64,000 nucleotides of DNA, from contig CAUVWX020000001.1 of assembly GCA_963555815.3 (NCBI GenBank), positions 1,120,001 through 1,184,000 on the forward strand, read 5' to 3'. The stretch's first letter is position 1. Each line of letters starts with the position of its first letter. Of the stretch, positions 39,067 to 48,883 are shown one piece after another. A model generated the notes under the pieces. That model worked only from the letters and a program-made list of their open reading frames with translations. It was not told the origin of the DNA and did no database searches. The position numbers were made by a program, and so were the translations under genes. Origin of the DNA: a bacterium (GTDB lineage Bacteria > UBA8248 > JACPRG01 > G963555815).

Positions 39067-41325
39067 ATGGAGAACGGAAGGTGTCGTTGGATGGTTGCGG
39101 TCATTGCGGCCATCGGAGTTGCGGGGTTTGTCTACGGACACGCCGCAACGTCGGCACGGGCGGCGGGAGAAGAGACCCTTTCGCGAGCTGAGATCAAGCC
39201 ATTCATTAACGCTTCCGGTGCGATAAACCACGCCAGCACCTCGTGGGTCATGGAGACCATGTCAAATGGGGTGTGTGTGGGAGATTTCAACGGTGACAAC
39301 TGGGACGACCTTTTCTTTCCTAGCGATAACGCGCCCGACGCCCCTTCGGAGTTCTTTGCTGCGTTCCAGGACCACGACAACAAGCTGTACATCAACCGAG
39401 GGGACAAGGATGGCGATGGCATCCCTGAATTTGAGGAAGTCTCAACGGTCGCCGGGGTGACGGGTAAGGGGACCAAGGGTATTGGTTGCACCGTGGGCGA
39501 TTACAACAATGACGGCAGAGCCGATCTCTATATCACGGCTGGCCAGCGTGGGTTTGGCTTTCAAGGACACGGCGGTATACGGTTAGAGGGTGGAGAACGA
39601 GTAGAGATGCTCCCTACGGATGTCTTTGTTTCGGAGAGGACCGACGGCTTCTATGAGTGTGAGGGAGCAAACATCCTTTACCGGAACGACGGCAACGACG
39701 CCGCTGGTGTCCCGAGCTTTACCGATGTGACGGATGAGGCGGGGGTGGCTGAATGCCGGCACGGTTCCTCCGCCGCCTTTGCAGACATTGACCTCGATGG
39801 CGATCTGGACCTCATGGTCGGCAACTTTGTTGAGTCCGAGTGGTGGTTTTTCAACGAGGAGAACTTCAACGGCACGCGGGACACCCTCTTCGAGAATAAC
39901 GGGGACGGGACATTCACCGATATCACCGAGCAGGCCGGGGTGGGCGGCCGAAAGATGGTCAGCTATAGGTGGGAAGGCCAGAAGATAGCCGCCTTTAATC
40001 CTGACATCAAAGACTCAAAGGGCCGCACGGTGGGCGAAGATCACTCTACCACGCACGTGGTTGGGTTTCTGGACTATGACGGGGACCGCTTCCCCGATCT
40101 CATCTCTGTCTCTGACGCCCCTGGAGTGATTTCCATCTTCCACAACAACGGCGACAACACCTTTACCGATGTGACGGAAGCGTCAGCGACTGACATAGCC
40201 GGGGATTGGATGGGGATTGCCTTTGCGGACGTGGATGGTGACGGCGATCTCGATATGTTCAACTCGAACTTCGGTTCGGATTGGTTTACTAAAAAGAAGG
40301 CCTCGGATACGTATATGATCGCCGACGCCGGCGAGTTTAACCGCTGGGGCAAGGGTTCGCCCGCAAACAAGCTCTGGCGCTTCGACGGTGTCAGGGAGAT
40401 AGAAATAGATGGCCGGAAGGTTCCGGTGCCCATTATCGCCGACCTTTCGCGTTCCTTGAGTATCGAATGGGGTGAAGTCCCGCCGGCGACGCTTGACCCT
40501 GATCTGATTCTTCGCGACGAGTCATACTCCCCGATGGGCCTGGAGCACACGGAGTTCGGGTTTGGCAGCATCTTTTTCGACTTTGACAACGATACCCACC
40601 AGGACCTCTACTTTGTCGGCTCAATCATCCGCGGTTGCGGCGATACAAAATGCCAGCCACCGCCGGGCGGTGAGCGCTTTAACCAGCGTGGCCCTGGGCG
40701 GCTTCTGCAAAATCTGGGCAAGGAAGGCATGTATTGGCGCGAGGTGACCTTCGATACCCAGACTTTCAACATCGACAAGGAAGATTATCAAACCGGTGAG
40801 CGGGTTGCTTGGGATTACCATGAGCAGGGCCGCGGGGTCGCCAAAGGCGATTTCAACAACGACGGCTATGTTGACTTTGTGGTGAGCAATCTCGGGGGTC
40901 CCGACTCCAATCTTGCCGACACTCCAACCCTTCCAAACGGCATGAAGGAGTTCAGGCCCGGTCCCTCTTTCCTCTACATCAACCCTGGGTATGACAACCA
41001 TTGGCTCAAGGTGAGGCTGGAGGGAAACAAATCGAACCGTGACGGCATTGGCGCGCTCGTGCGCGTGACGCTTCCCAGCGGCAGGGTGCTCATTGAGCAG
41101 GTGACCTCTGGGACGAGCTACCTCTCGAACCACTCCTTCACCCTGATATTTGGCCTGGGCAAGGCCAGCAGGGTGTCGAAGCTCGAGGTCAGCTGGCCCT
41201 CTGGCGAGGTGGATTCCTTTACGAACGTCAGGATAAACCGAATCGTAAAGGTCACTGAGGGAGGAAAATTGGAAAGGGTCAATGTGGGGGGCACGAGCCC
41301 CAAGGGAAGCTCCATGATGAGGTAG
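39067..41325 (+). CDS. Secreted FG-GAP repeat / ASPIC-UnbV (CRTAC1-like) protein, paralog 1
   Basis: Signal peptide, repeated DxDxDGxxDL, C-terminal NHWLKVRLEG..NRDGIGA..SYLS..FGLG..WPSG. Confidence 0.92.
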   Translation: MENGRCRWMVAVIAAIGVAGFVYGHAATSARAAGEETLSRAEIKPFINASGAINHASTSWVMETMSNGVCVGDFNGDNWDDLFFPSDNAPDAPSEFFAAFQDHDNKLYINRGDKDGDGIPEFEEVSTVAGVTGKGTKGIGCTVGDYNNDGRADLYITAGQRGFGFQGHGGIRLEGGERVEMLPTDVFVSERTDGFYECEGANILYRNDGNDAAGVPSFTDVTDEAGVAECRHGSSAAFADIDLDGDLDLMVGNFVESEWWFFNEENFNGTRDTLFENNGDGTFTDITEQAGVGGRKMVSYRWEGQKIAAFNPDIKDSKGRTVGEDHSTTHVVGFLDYDGDRFPDLISVSDAPGVISIFHNNGDNTFTDVTEASATDIAGDWMGIAFADVDGDGDLDMFNSNFGSDWFTKKKASDTYMIADAGEFNRWGKGSPANKLWRFDGVREIEIDGRKVPVPIIADLSRSLSIEWGEVPPATLDPDLILRDESYSPMGLEHTEFGFGSIFFDFDNDTHQDLYFVGSIIRGCGDTKCQPPPGGERFNQRGPGRLLQNLGKEGMYWREVTFDTQTFNIDKEDYQTGERVAWDYHEQGRGVAKGDFNNDGYVDFVVSNLGGPDSNLADTPTLPNGMKEFRPGPSFLYINPGYDNHWLKVRLEGNKSNRDGIGALVRVTLPSGRVLIEQVTSGTSYLSNHSFTLIFGLGKASRVSKLEVSWPSGEVDSFTNVRINRIVKVTEGGKLERVNVGGTSPKGSSMMR

Positions 41326-41352
41326 GTTTTTCCCACAGACGAAAGATTAGTG

Positions 41353-41382
41353 AAAACCCCGTCGATGTCCGGCGGGGTTTTC
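41353..41382 (+). terminator. Rho-independent terminator
   Basis: AAAACCCCGTCG-ATGTC-CGGCGGGGTTTT. Confidence 0.8.
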
Positions 41383-41710
41383 GGTTTTGTTAATAGAATG
41401 TTTCTGGGCCATCCTTAAAGCTTCTTCTCAACTATCTCCTTAATGTGTGTAAGCGAGGGGGGGGAGCCCCTCATGAGGAGCAAGGCGGGGCACACGAAGG
41501 CCCTTACTAAAAAGGAGGAGGGGTTAGAAAACACTTTTACGCATTTATTTCGCCATCTGGTTTCCCCCAAAGTCGACCCAGATGCGGCCGACAGGGGACC
41601 CCGTGGGTTGAGACGGCAGGTTCGAGCTGTGGCGTGGCGGGCTCTCAGGCTGGGCACTGTCCCCGGGGAATACTCCTCACTTCTATGAGATGAGCGCTTG
41701 GGAGCATCTT

Positions 41711-41729
41711 GGGGGGGGGGGGGGGGGGG
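41711..41729. repeat. Poly-G homopolymer (G19)
   Basis: Directly visible; a further G6TG7 at 41820-41833. Confidence 0.9.
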
Positions 41730-41980
41730 AGTCGCCTCCTCCCTCGGCGGGGTTCTGGAACGAGGAAACGGTTTGGTGCTTGGCTGATCGTCCCCGATTC
41801 AGACGGGGAGTGAGACGAAGGGGGGTGGGGGGGTGAGGAAGCACAGGTGGACGTCCCTCGAAGGGCTGTGCGGAAGGTGTGAATTAGCTTTTAGAACGTT
41901 GTGGATGGACGCTCGGCGGTGGGCGTCTGTGACGGGTTTGCAGGAAGACAAAAAATTCCAGACGCCCCTCAAAAAAGTGC

Positions 41981-42010
41981 TTGACAGCCAATTGAGGAAC
42001 GGGGTATCTT
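41981..42010 (+). promoter_or_regulatory. Sigma70-like promoter for the second CRTAC1-like gene
   Basis: TTGACA-18 nt-TATCTT preceded by an A tract, same layout as at 38850. Confidence 0.45.
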
Positions 42011-42436
42011 GGATAGCAATCAGGTTAACATCTTTAGGGGAGCAGCCCAGAAAGCGTGGGCGCGGGTGTTTCGGAACAGCGGATGTGACGTCCGGTATTG
42101 GTTTTTGGACCCCTAAAAGAGATGCCTTAACAGCCAGGAGTAGGGGAAAGGCGCTCTCATTGACGTACCCGCCCCGATGGGCTGGGCCCGGGGTGTGATT
42201 CCATGTTTTGTTAGGAAGTAAAGAGGACGGAGGCAGTCGTTGACCTCCGTTGTATCCGCGGTTAACACTTTCAAAGGGAGGGGATGAGATATGTAACACA
42301 AGGCACCAAAGGCTGTAACAGGAGGGAGGCAGACGCCACCTTTCTGGGGTTCCAAAGGTAGTTATCAAATATTTGGTAAGTACCTGAGACACCCGTAGAC
42401 ATGCGAAGTCATATGACATCTATGGGAGGAAAGTTC

Positions 42437-44776
42437 ATGGGAAAGCCTAGGAGGTGTCGCGGGGTGATTTCAATCCTCGCGGCTATCGGAGTTGCGGGAT
42501 TCGTCTTCGGACATCTCGCGACGTCGGAAGCAGGCCATTCAGGAACAACCTCACGCGACAAGATCAAACCCTTCGTTAACGCCAAATCCGCAATCGGCAA
42601 CCACTACAACACAACCTGGATGATGGAGACGATGGGTGCCGGCGTCTGCGCCGTTGACATAAACAACGACGGCTGGGACGACATCATCATCACGAACGAC
42701 AACCACTCCCAGTCGATAACGAAATTCTTCCGCGAGTGGACCGACTTCAAAACCGCGTTCTACCTGAACCGTGGCGACAAGGACGGGGACGGTATTCCTG
42801 AGTTTGAAGAGGTCTCGGAGAAGGCCGGAATCGCTGGAATTGGATCTAAGGACATCGGATGCTCCGTTGGCGACTATGACAACGACGGCGACCTCGACCT
42901 TTACATCACCGCTGGTGTGAGGGGGATGGGTGTCGTTGGAACTGACGGTGTCCGTATCGCCACCGTCACGACCATCGCCAAGGGATACAAGGGCTCGACC
43001 CGCATCCAGGGTCCCTTCCCTCCGGATGTCTTTGTTTCCTACAAGCTCGACGGACGCCTTGAGTGCGAGGCTGGGAACAAGGAAGAAGGCGGAAGGTCCC
43101 ACCTTTACAGAAACGACGGCAATGACTCAAATGGCATTCCGAAGTTTACCGATGTTGCGGAGCAGGCGGGGGTACTGAACTGCCGTCAGGGCAGCACCTC
43201 GACCTTCGTCGACATCGACCTGGATGGCGACCTGGACCTTTTCGTCGGCAACTGGGTGGACTCGGACTGGATGGCGTTTAACGAGGAAGAGTTCTTTAAC
43301 GCCTACCTGAACCAGCTCTTTGAGAACAACGGCGATGGCACCTTCACCAACATCACCGCGATCGCCGGTGACACCGACCGCAAGGGGTACACCTTCAAGT
43401 TTAACGGCGAGAGGGTTCCCATCTTTAACCCCGAGCTGAGAGACGCGAAGGGGCGGACGGTGGGTGAGGATGGTCACATCACCCACGTCGTGTCCTTCTA
43501 CGACTACGACAACGACCGCTACCCTGACCTGTTTGCCGTTGCGGACTCTCCGGGCGGAACGATCTCTATTTTCCACAACAACGGTGACAACACCTTTACC
43601 GACGTGACGGAAGCGGCGGGAACGGACCTTGCCGGTGAGTGGATGGGGATCGCCTGGGGTGACATCGACAACGACGGCGACCTTGACATGGAAAACTCGA
43701 ACTTCGGGTCCGACTGGTACTCGAAGATCAAGAACACTGGTGAGCTGTTCATGCTGGAGTCCTCGGACTTCAACCGGTGGGGCAAGGGCAAGACCTCCAA
43801 CGCGGTCTGGCGGTTCAACGGCGTGAAGGAAGTCTTCATGCCGGAGACCAAGTCCCCCCACCAGAAGGTCCTGGCTCCGGACATCAGCGACATTACCCGA
43901 GCCATTCACATCGAGTGGGGTGCAATGCCCCCGAACACGGTGGACCACAATAACGTCTACAAGCTTCAGTCCTACATTCCTCTGGGATGGGAGAACACGG
44001 AGTTTTCCTTCGGGAACGTGTTCTGGGACTTCGACAACGATGGTCACATCGATGCGTACTTGGTCGGTTCACTGGGACGTGGTTGTGGCGACCACAAGTG
44101 CTCGGCTGAGACTGGCGAGCTGCCACCTGGCGCTGAGCAGTTCAAGCTGCGAGGCCCCGGACGTCTTCTCCAGAACCTGGGTCGAGAGGGTATGTACTGG
44201 CGTGAAGTGACCCTCGAGGCTCAGATGTTCAACATCGAGGACGTCAACTACAAGACCGGTGAGCGCCTGGCCATCGACTACCACGAAGAAGGCCGGGGTA
44301 TTGCCAAGGGTGACTTCAACAACGACGGTTACCCTGACCTCGTGGTCGTCAACGCCGGTGGTCCGGCCGATAACCGCCCAGGGACTCCGGTGGAGCCTTG
44401 GGGACTGACGGAGTTCCGTGGTGGCCCGACCCAGCTGTTCATGAACCCTGGCTACGACAACCAGTGGCTCAAGTTTAAGCTGATAGGCACGAAGACCAAC
44501 CGTTCCGCCATCGGCGCGGTTGTGCGCGTGTGGACCCCCAGCGGCAACTTGACGGTGGAGCAGGTGAACTCTGGGATGAGTTACCTCTCGAACCACTCGC
44601 TGCATCTCCTGTTCGGCCTAGGCCAGGACGGCGAAGCGAGCAAGGTCGAGGTTTCCTGGCCGTCCGGTCAGGTGGACACCTTCACGGATGTGAAGGCGAA
44701 CCAGTTCCTCAAGATCACTGAGGGCGGTAAGATGGAGAAGATGGGGAAAGGCATGATGGGTAAGAGCCCAAATTAA
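42437..44776 (+). CDS. Secreted FG-GAP repeat / ASPIC-UnbV (CRTAC1-like) protein, paralog 2
   Basis: Colinear with paralog 1 throughout; GGAGG RBS. Confidence 0.92.
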   Translation: MGKPRRCRGVISILAAIGVAGFVFGHLATSEAGHSGTTSRDKIKPFVNAKSAIGNHYNTTWMMETMGAGVCAVDINNDGWDDIIITNDNHSQSITKFFREWTDFKTAFYLNRGDKDGDGIPEFEEVSEKAGIAGIGSKDIGCSVGDYDNDGDLDLYITAGVRGMGVVGTDGVRIATVTTIAKGYKGSTRIQGPFPPDVFVSYKLDGRLECEAGNKEEGGRSHLYRNDGNDSNGIPKFTDVAEQAGVLNCRQGSTSTFVDIDLDGDLDLFVGNWVDSDWMAFNEEEFFNAYLNQLFENNGDGTFTNITAIAGDTDRKGYTFKFNGERVPIFNPELRDAKGRTVGEDGHITHVVSFYDYDNDRYPDLFAVADSPGGTISIFHNNGDNTFTDVTEAAGTDLAGEWMGIAWGDIDNDGDLDMENSNFGSDWYSKIKNTGELFMLESSDFNRWGKGKTSNAVWRFNGVKEVFMPETKSPHQKVLAPDISDITRAIHIEWGAMPPNTVDHNNVYKLQSYIPLGWENTEFSFGNVFWDFDNDGHIDAYLVGSLGRGCGDHKCSAETGELPPGAEQFKLRGPGRLLQNLGREGMYWREVTLEAQMFNIEDVNYKTGERLAIDYHEEGRGIAKGDFNNDGYPDLVVVNAGGPADNRPGTPVEPWGLTEFRGGPTQLFMNPGYDNQWLKFKLIGTKTNRSAIGAVVRVWTPSGNLTVEQVNSGMSYLSNHSLHLLFGLGQDGEASKVEVSWPSGQVDTFTDVKANQFLKITEGGKMEKMGKGMMGKSPN

Positions 44777-44824
44777 TGGGCAGGAGCCTGTGAGGAACTA
44801 AGCTTTTCCTCAAGAGAAGCACAG

Positions 44825-44862
44825 CAGAGACCCCGCCGATCTTCGGCGGGGTCTCTGCTTTT
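44825..44862 (+). terminator. Rho-independent terminator
   Basis: CAGAGACCCCGCCGA-TCT-TCGGCGGGGTCTCTG followed by CTTTT. Confidence 0.85.
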
Positions 44863-44941
44863 ATGTGGTAAAATGGGCATCCCTCACGGGGCGCGCTGAA
44901 GGGGCCTTGTGGGGAAGCGGTCAGTAAGAGGGAAGAGTTTG

Positions 44942-45220
44942 ATGGCGTATATCATCACCGAGCCGTGTATCGAAGAGAAGGACAAGACCTGCGTTGAAGT
45001 GTGTCCGGTCGACTGCATTTACGAGGGGCCGGAGATGCTCTATATCCACCCGGAGGACTGTATCGACTGTGCCGCCTGCGAGTCGGTCTGCCCGGTGACG
45101 GCGATCTTTGAGGAAGACGAGGTCCCTGAAGAGTGGAAGAACTACGTTGAAATCAACAAGCAGTTCTTTGTGGACCACCCCGACGTGAAGCCCGCCACCA
45201 AGAAGGGCTATGTGGCTTGA
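44942..45220 (+). CDS. fdxA: 7Fe-type ferredoxin
   Basis: [34 protein letters not shown]; extended -10 TGnTAAAAT at 44866. Confidence 0.9.
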   Translation: MAYIITEPCIEEKDKTCVEVCPVDCIYEGPEMLYIHPEDCIDCAACESVCPVTAIFEEDEVPEEWKNYVEINKQFFVDHPDVKPATKKGYVA

Positions 45221-46056
45221 CCCCTGAGGGCGAGAAACTCCGCGTCCGCATCTCATCAGACGCCACGCTTATCTACCCGATAGTTTCGGGCACCTTTCCA
45301 AACATCGCCCACATCACGGTTCAGGTGTCAGACGAGAAGGGGCCGGTCCCCGGGGCCCGAATTGAGTGGGCTGCCACCGCCGGCTATCTCCCGCAAAATT
45401 TTTCCCGAAGGACCGACGCGGAAGGCCGAGGGTTCACCTCCTTTTATTCTGGGGAACCCGTGGAGGCCGACATCATCGCTCACGTCACAAAACCGGGTTG
45501 CCAGGAGACTTCGGCCCAGCTCACCCTGAGTGTCCAGCGGGGCAGGGTCCGCGTGATCGTGAAGAACACGCCCCAGATAGGGGACATCTACCTGAACGGA
45601 GAGAAGAAGGGCACAGGGGGCGTCGCGTATGATGTCGATGAGCCGGGTGTTTACGCCATCAGCTGGGGAGATGTGAAAGGGTACATTAAACCTGTGGCGG
45701 GAGACCTGCCCGTAAACCCGCATTACAGTGCAGAACCCCTTCAGATTGATGCCACCTACCGGGAGCAGGCGAAGCCGGGGGACCATGTGAGACTGACAGT
45801 TTTTGCAATGGCCCTCTTCGACGAAGCGACTGGCATCCCGAACCCGCTTCCAAAGGCCACTGTGGCTCTCGGCGACGGGCGGGTGATGACATCTGACCGG
45901 TCAGGTCGGGTGGTGTCCAATCTGAAAGCCAACGCCGGCCCTCTGAGCATCCAGGTGACCCACGAAGAGTTGTTGGGGAAGAAGGGATTGGCGACGGTCG
46001 AGATTGGAAAGGCCGATCAGTTTGCGGTGGTGAACCTGGGCAGGATTGATAGATAA
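45217..46056 (+). CDS. Hypothetical beta-rich protein (Ig-like/PEGA-like segments)
   Basis: Overlaps the fdx stop (TTGA); [16 protein letters not shown] Big-like pattern, IYLNG. Confidence 0.65.
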   Translation: MTPEGEKLRVRISSDATLIYPIVSGTFPNIAHITVQVSDEKGPVPGARIEWAATAGYLPQNFSRRTDAEGRGFTSFYSGEPVEADIIAHVTKPGCQETSAQLTLSVQRGRVRVIVKNTPQIGDIYLNGEKKGTGGVAYDVDEPGVYAISWGDVKGYIKPVAGDLPVNPHYSAEPLQIDATYREQAKPGDHVRLTVFAMALFDEATGIPNPLPKATVALGDGRVMTSDRSGRVVSNLKANAGPLSIQVTHEELLGKKGLATVEIGKADQFAVVNLGRIDR

Positions 46057-46058
46057 TT

Positions 46059-46370
46059 TTAGGTCTTCGAGTCCATCTCCTTGGCTCTGTTCTTCGCGTA
46101 CTCCACGCTTGTTCCCTGCATAAATCTCCTGGCGTCATCCCAGTCCTCGAGAGAGAGGGCCTCGAGATAGACCATCATCCGAATCGCACTGACCGTCTCC
46201 TCGTCGAGCCCTAGCACCTTCGCCATCTCTCGGTTGCTTTTGTGGGGATGCTCAATCACCACGTCTTGAGAGAAGCGGGGGTCGCCTCGGTGAACCTGAT
46301 GCGCACCGCTGTGGGCGTAGATGTAATCCTTATGCTTCTCGTAGAGCGCTTTGGAGAATTTAACCGGCAC
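46059..46370 (-). CDS. Small hypothetical protein with HTH-like segment
   Basis: GTG start overlapping the upstream gene end; SNREMAKVLGLDEETVSAIR. Confidence 0.7.
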   Translation of the reverse strand: MPVKFSKALYEKHKDYIYAHSGAHQVHRGDPRFSQDVVIEHPHKSNREMAKVLGLDEETVSAIRMMVYLEALSLEDWDDARRFMQGTSVEYAKNRAKEMDSKT

Positions 46371-47268
46371 TTTGACCGCCTTCGTCCGTCGGCTGATCCT
46401 TGGGGTCGATCTTCGGCTTCATCTTATAGTTGATATCCCCAACGGGGCAGACCTTTGTGCATTCAAAGCAGGAGCCCAAGAATTGTGTTCCACCCGGCCC
46501 TAACGCCTCGATCAGGTGGAAGAACTCATCCGAATACGTCATTTGTGTCCGCTTGAAAGGATCGGGTTCGCTGATGACGGCGTCCATGAACTTCATGGTG
46601 TGCTCGGAGCCCATAAAGCGCGACCTGCTCGAGCAGCGGAGCTGATTGAAAGAGGCCCACTTCACCCGTCCCTTCTCGATGGCCCCGTCCAGACAGCCGC
46701 CCTGGCTTGAAGGGCAGACATCCAGGCACAGCGTGCTCTTCCTCTCCATCCAGAGTTTGGTGCACTGGGGGGCTGGGCAGGGGTTGACTCGCAACTTCCC
46801 ATCGGGCTGAAGAGGCATTGTGGTTAAGGTGGCCGTAAACTCAATCTTGCAGCCGTACCTCGGATGGAGGAGGAGATTGTTGATGCCTCGCGCGCCGAGA
46901 CCCGCCTCTTCCGCCAACAGCTCCATGCTCATCCACGGTTGCAGGCCGTCCTTGTACTCCATCGGCACCATCACCGCGTAATAGCCGCATTCCTTCTCAA
47001 TAAAATCTTCGACTACCTGAGCCGCGGCCAGACGCTTCCCCATCCGGTAGGCCTTGGAGACCATGGGGATTCGGGCGTCTGCGGCGTGGAGGGCCCCGTA
47101 GGTCGCGCCGTAGCCTGCAAGGACCACGATGCTCTTCGTCCCGGGAAGAATTTCGCCCGTTTGATGGCCGGGAGGAGTCCTCGCGTTGACGCTTTCTGGA
47201 GAGGCGATGCCGGCGTCCAACGCCCCCGCCTTTTTGGCGGCATCTTTTATTTGTTTCTCAATGGTCAT
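46360..47268 (-). CDS. QueG/reductive-dehalogenase-like cobalamin Fe-S protein
   Basis: AGIAS, ILPGTKSIVV, AEEAGLGARGINNLLLHPRYG, CLDVCP, CFECTKVCPVG. Confidence 0.8.
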   Translation of the reverse strand: MTIEKQIKDAAKKAGALDAGIASPESVNARTPPGHQTGEILPGTKSIVVLAGYGATYGALHAADARIPMVSKAYRMGKRLAAAQVVEDFIEKECGYYAVMVPMEYKDGLQPWMSMELLAEEAGLGARGINNLLLHPRYGCKIEFTATLTTMPLQPDGKLRVNPCPAPQCTKLWMERKSTLCLDVCPSSQGGCLDGAIEKGRVKWASFNQLRCSSRSRFMGSEHTMKFMDAVISEPDPFKRTQMTYSDEFFHLIEALGPGGTQFLGSCFECTKVCPVGDINYKMKPKIDPKDQPTDEGGQSAG

Positions 47269-47425
47269 GTGAAGGGCCCTTGTGATTTCATCCTTGGGCA
47301 AAAAGCCAAACTATCATATTCTCAATTATCCCACGCATTTCCAGCAGGTCAAGGTTTTGGCCCGCACAGCACAAAATTCCCAATGCGCGTTGTTTTCCTC
47401 TCTGGAGAACTTGCGGGGTGAGGAA

Positions 47426-48883
47426 ATGAAGAGAGAAATAAAGGAAGTCATCGGGGCGGCCCTCCACCGCCTGAAAAGCCGCGGGGCGGCCTACGGAGAG
47501 GTCCGCTATGTGACATCGCGCTGGGAGCGCTTCCTGGTTAAGAACGGGGTCCTTCAAACTGCATCTCAGGGCGAGGACGGGGGGTTCGGCTTGAGGGTCA
47601 TCCATCGGGGTGCCTGGGGCTTCTCTTCGACCCCAGGGGAGGAAGAAGAGGCTCTTGTTCGGGCGGCCGATCTGGCCCTCTCTGTGGCCGAGGCAGCCTC
47701 GCGCCTCAACCGGGAGCCCGTGACCCTTGCCGAGTGTTACCCCCACGTGGACACCTTTCAAGGGGTCTGCGCCGAAGACCCCTTTGCGGTCCCCCTTGGG
47801 GAGAAGATTGACCTTCTGGTGCGAGCCACCGAGGCTCTGAAAAGCCCTCAGACAGTCCAGGCGATGGGAGTTCTGACGAGTCTTCGGGTGGACAAAGTGT
47901 TCGCGACCACCGAAGGGGCCCACATCGAGCAGCGCTTTACAGAAACCGGAGGGGGGATCACCTGCACCGTGGTCGAGGGGGGCGAGGTTCAGTGCCGCTC
48001 CTTCCCGACGGGCCACGGAGGAGATTTCGCCCAGAGGGGCTATGAGTTCATTCGGGAGATGGGACTGGTGGAAGCGGCCCCCCGGGTCCGGGAGGAGGCC
48101 CTGGCGCTCCTAAAGGCTCCCCCTGTGCCGGGTGGGGAGTGGGACGTCATCCTCGAGGGAAGCCAGATGTGTCTTCAAGTTCATGAATCCTGCGGGCACC
48201 CAATCGAGCTCGATCGAGTTTACGGAGACGAGATAAGCCTCGCTGGGGGGAGCTTCCTGACGCCCGAGAAGCGCGGAAATTTTCGCTATGGGTCTCCTCT
48301 TGTGCACATTGTGGCCGACGCCACCATCCCCGGGGGGCTTGGGACCTTCGGTTACGACGATGAAGGGGTCCGGGCCACACGAACGCCCATCATCAAAGAG
48401 GGCCGCTTTGTGGATTATCTCACCTCCCGGGAGACCGCCGCCCGGCTGGGAGAGGCGAGCAATGGGTGCATGCGGGCTGAGAGCTGGAACCGCATCCCCC
48501 TCATCCGGATGGTCAACCTCAACCTGGAGCCCGGGGGAAAAGGGGCTCCGAGTTTGGAGGAGCTCATCGCCGACACCCGCCGGGGCCTCTACATTGTCAC
48601 CAATAAGAGCTGGAGCATTGACGACCTTCGCCTTCACTTCCAGTTCGGCTGCGAGGCGGCCTGGGAGATCCGAGACGGACGCTTGGGGATCCTTTATAAG
48701 AATCCTGTCTACTCAGGGATCACGCCCAGGTTCTGGGGCAGCTTGGACGCCGTCTGCGGGATCGAGGAGTGGAGGATGTGGGGGCTCCCGAACTGCGGAA
48801 AGGGAATCCCCATGCAGACCGCCCACGTGGGGCACGGCGCCGCCCCCGCCCGGTTCCGGGGCGTGACGGTGCGGGGGGCCTGA
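47426..48883 (+). CDS. tldD: TldD family metalloprotease
   Basis: HESCGHPIELDR, YDDEGV, CGKGIPMQ. Confidence 0.92.
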   Translation: MKREIKEVIGAALHRLKSRGAAYGEVRYVTSRWERFLVKNGVLQTASQGEDGGFGLRVIHRGAWGFSSTPGEEEEALVRAADLALSVAEAASRLNREPVTLAECYPHVDTFQGVCAEDPFAVPLGEKIDLLVRATEALKSPQTVQAMGVLTSLRVDKVFATTEGAHIEQRFTETGGGITCTVVEGGEVQCRSFPTGHGGDFAQRGYEFIREMGLVEAAPRVREEALALLKAPPVPGGEWDVILEGSQMCLQVHESCGHPIELDRVYGDEISLAGGSFLTPEKRGNFRYGSPLVHIVADATIPGGLGTFGYDDEGVRATRTPIIKEGRFVDYLTSRETAARLGEASNGCMRAESWNRIPLIRMVNLNLEPGGKGAPSLEELIADTRRGLYIVTNKSWSIDDLRLHFQFGCEAAWEIRDGRLGILYKNPVYSGITPRFWGSLDAVCGIEEWRMWGLPNCGKGIPMQTAHVGHGAAPARFRGVTVRGA

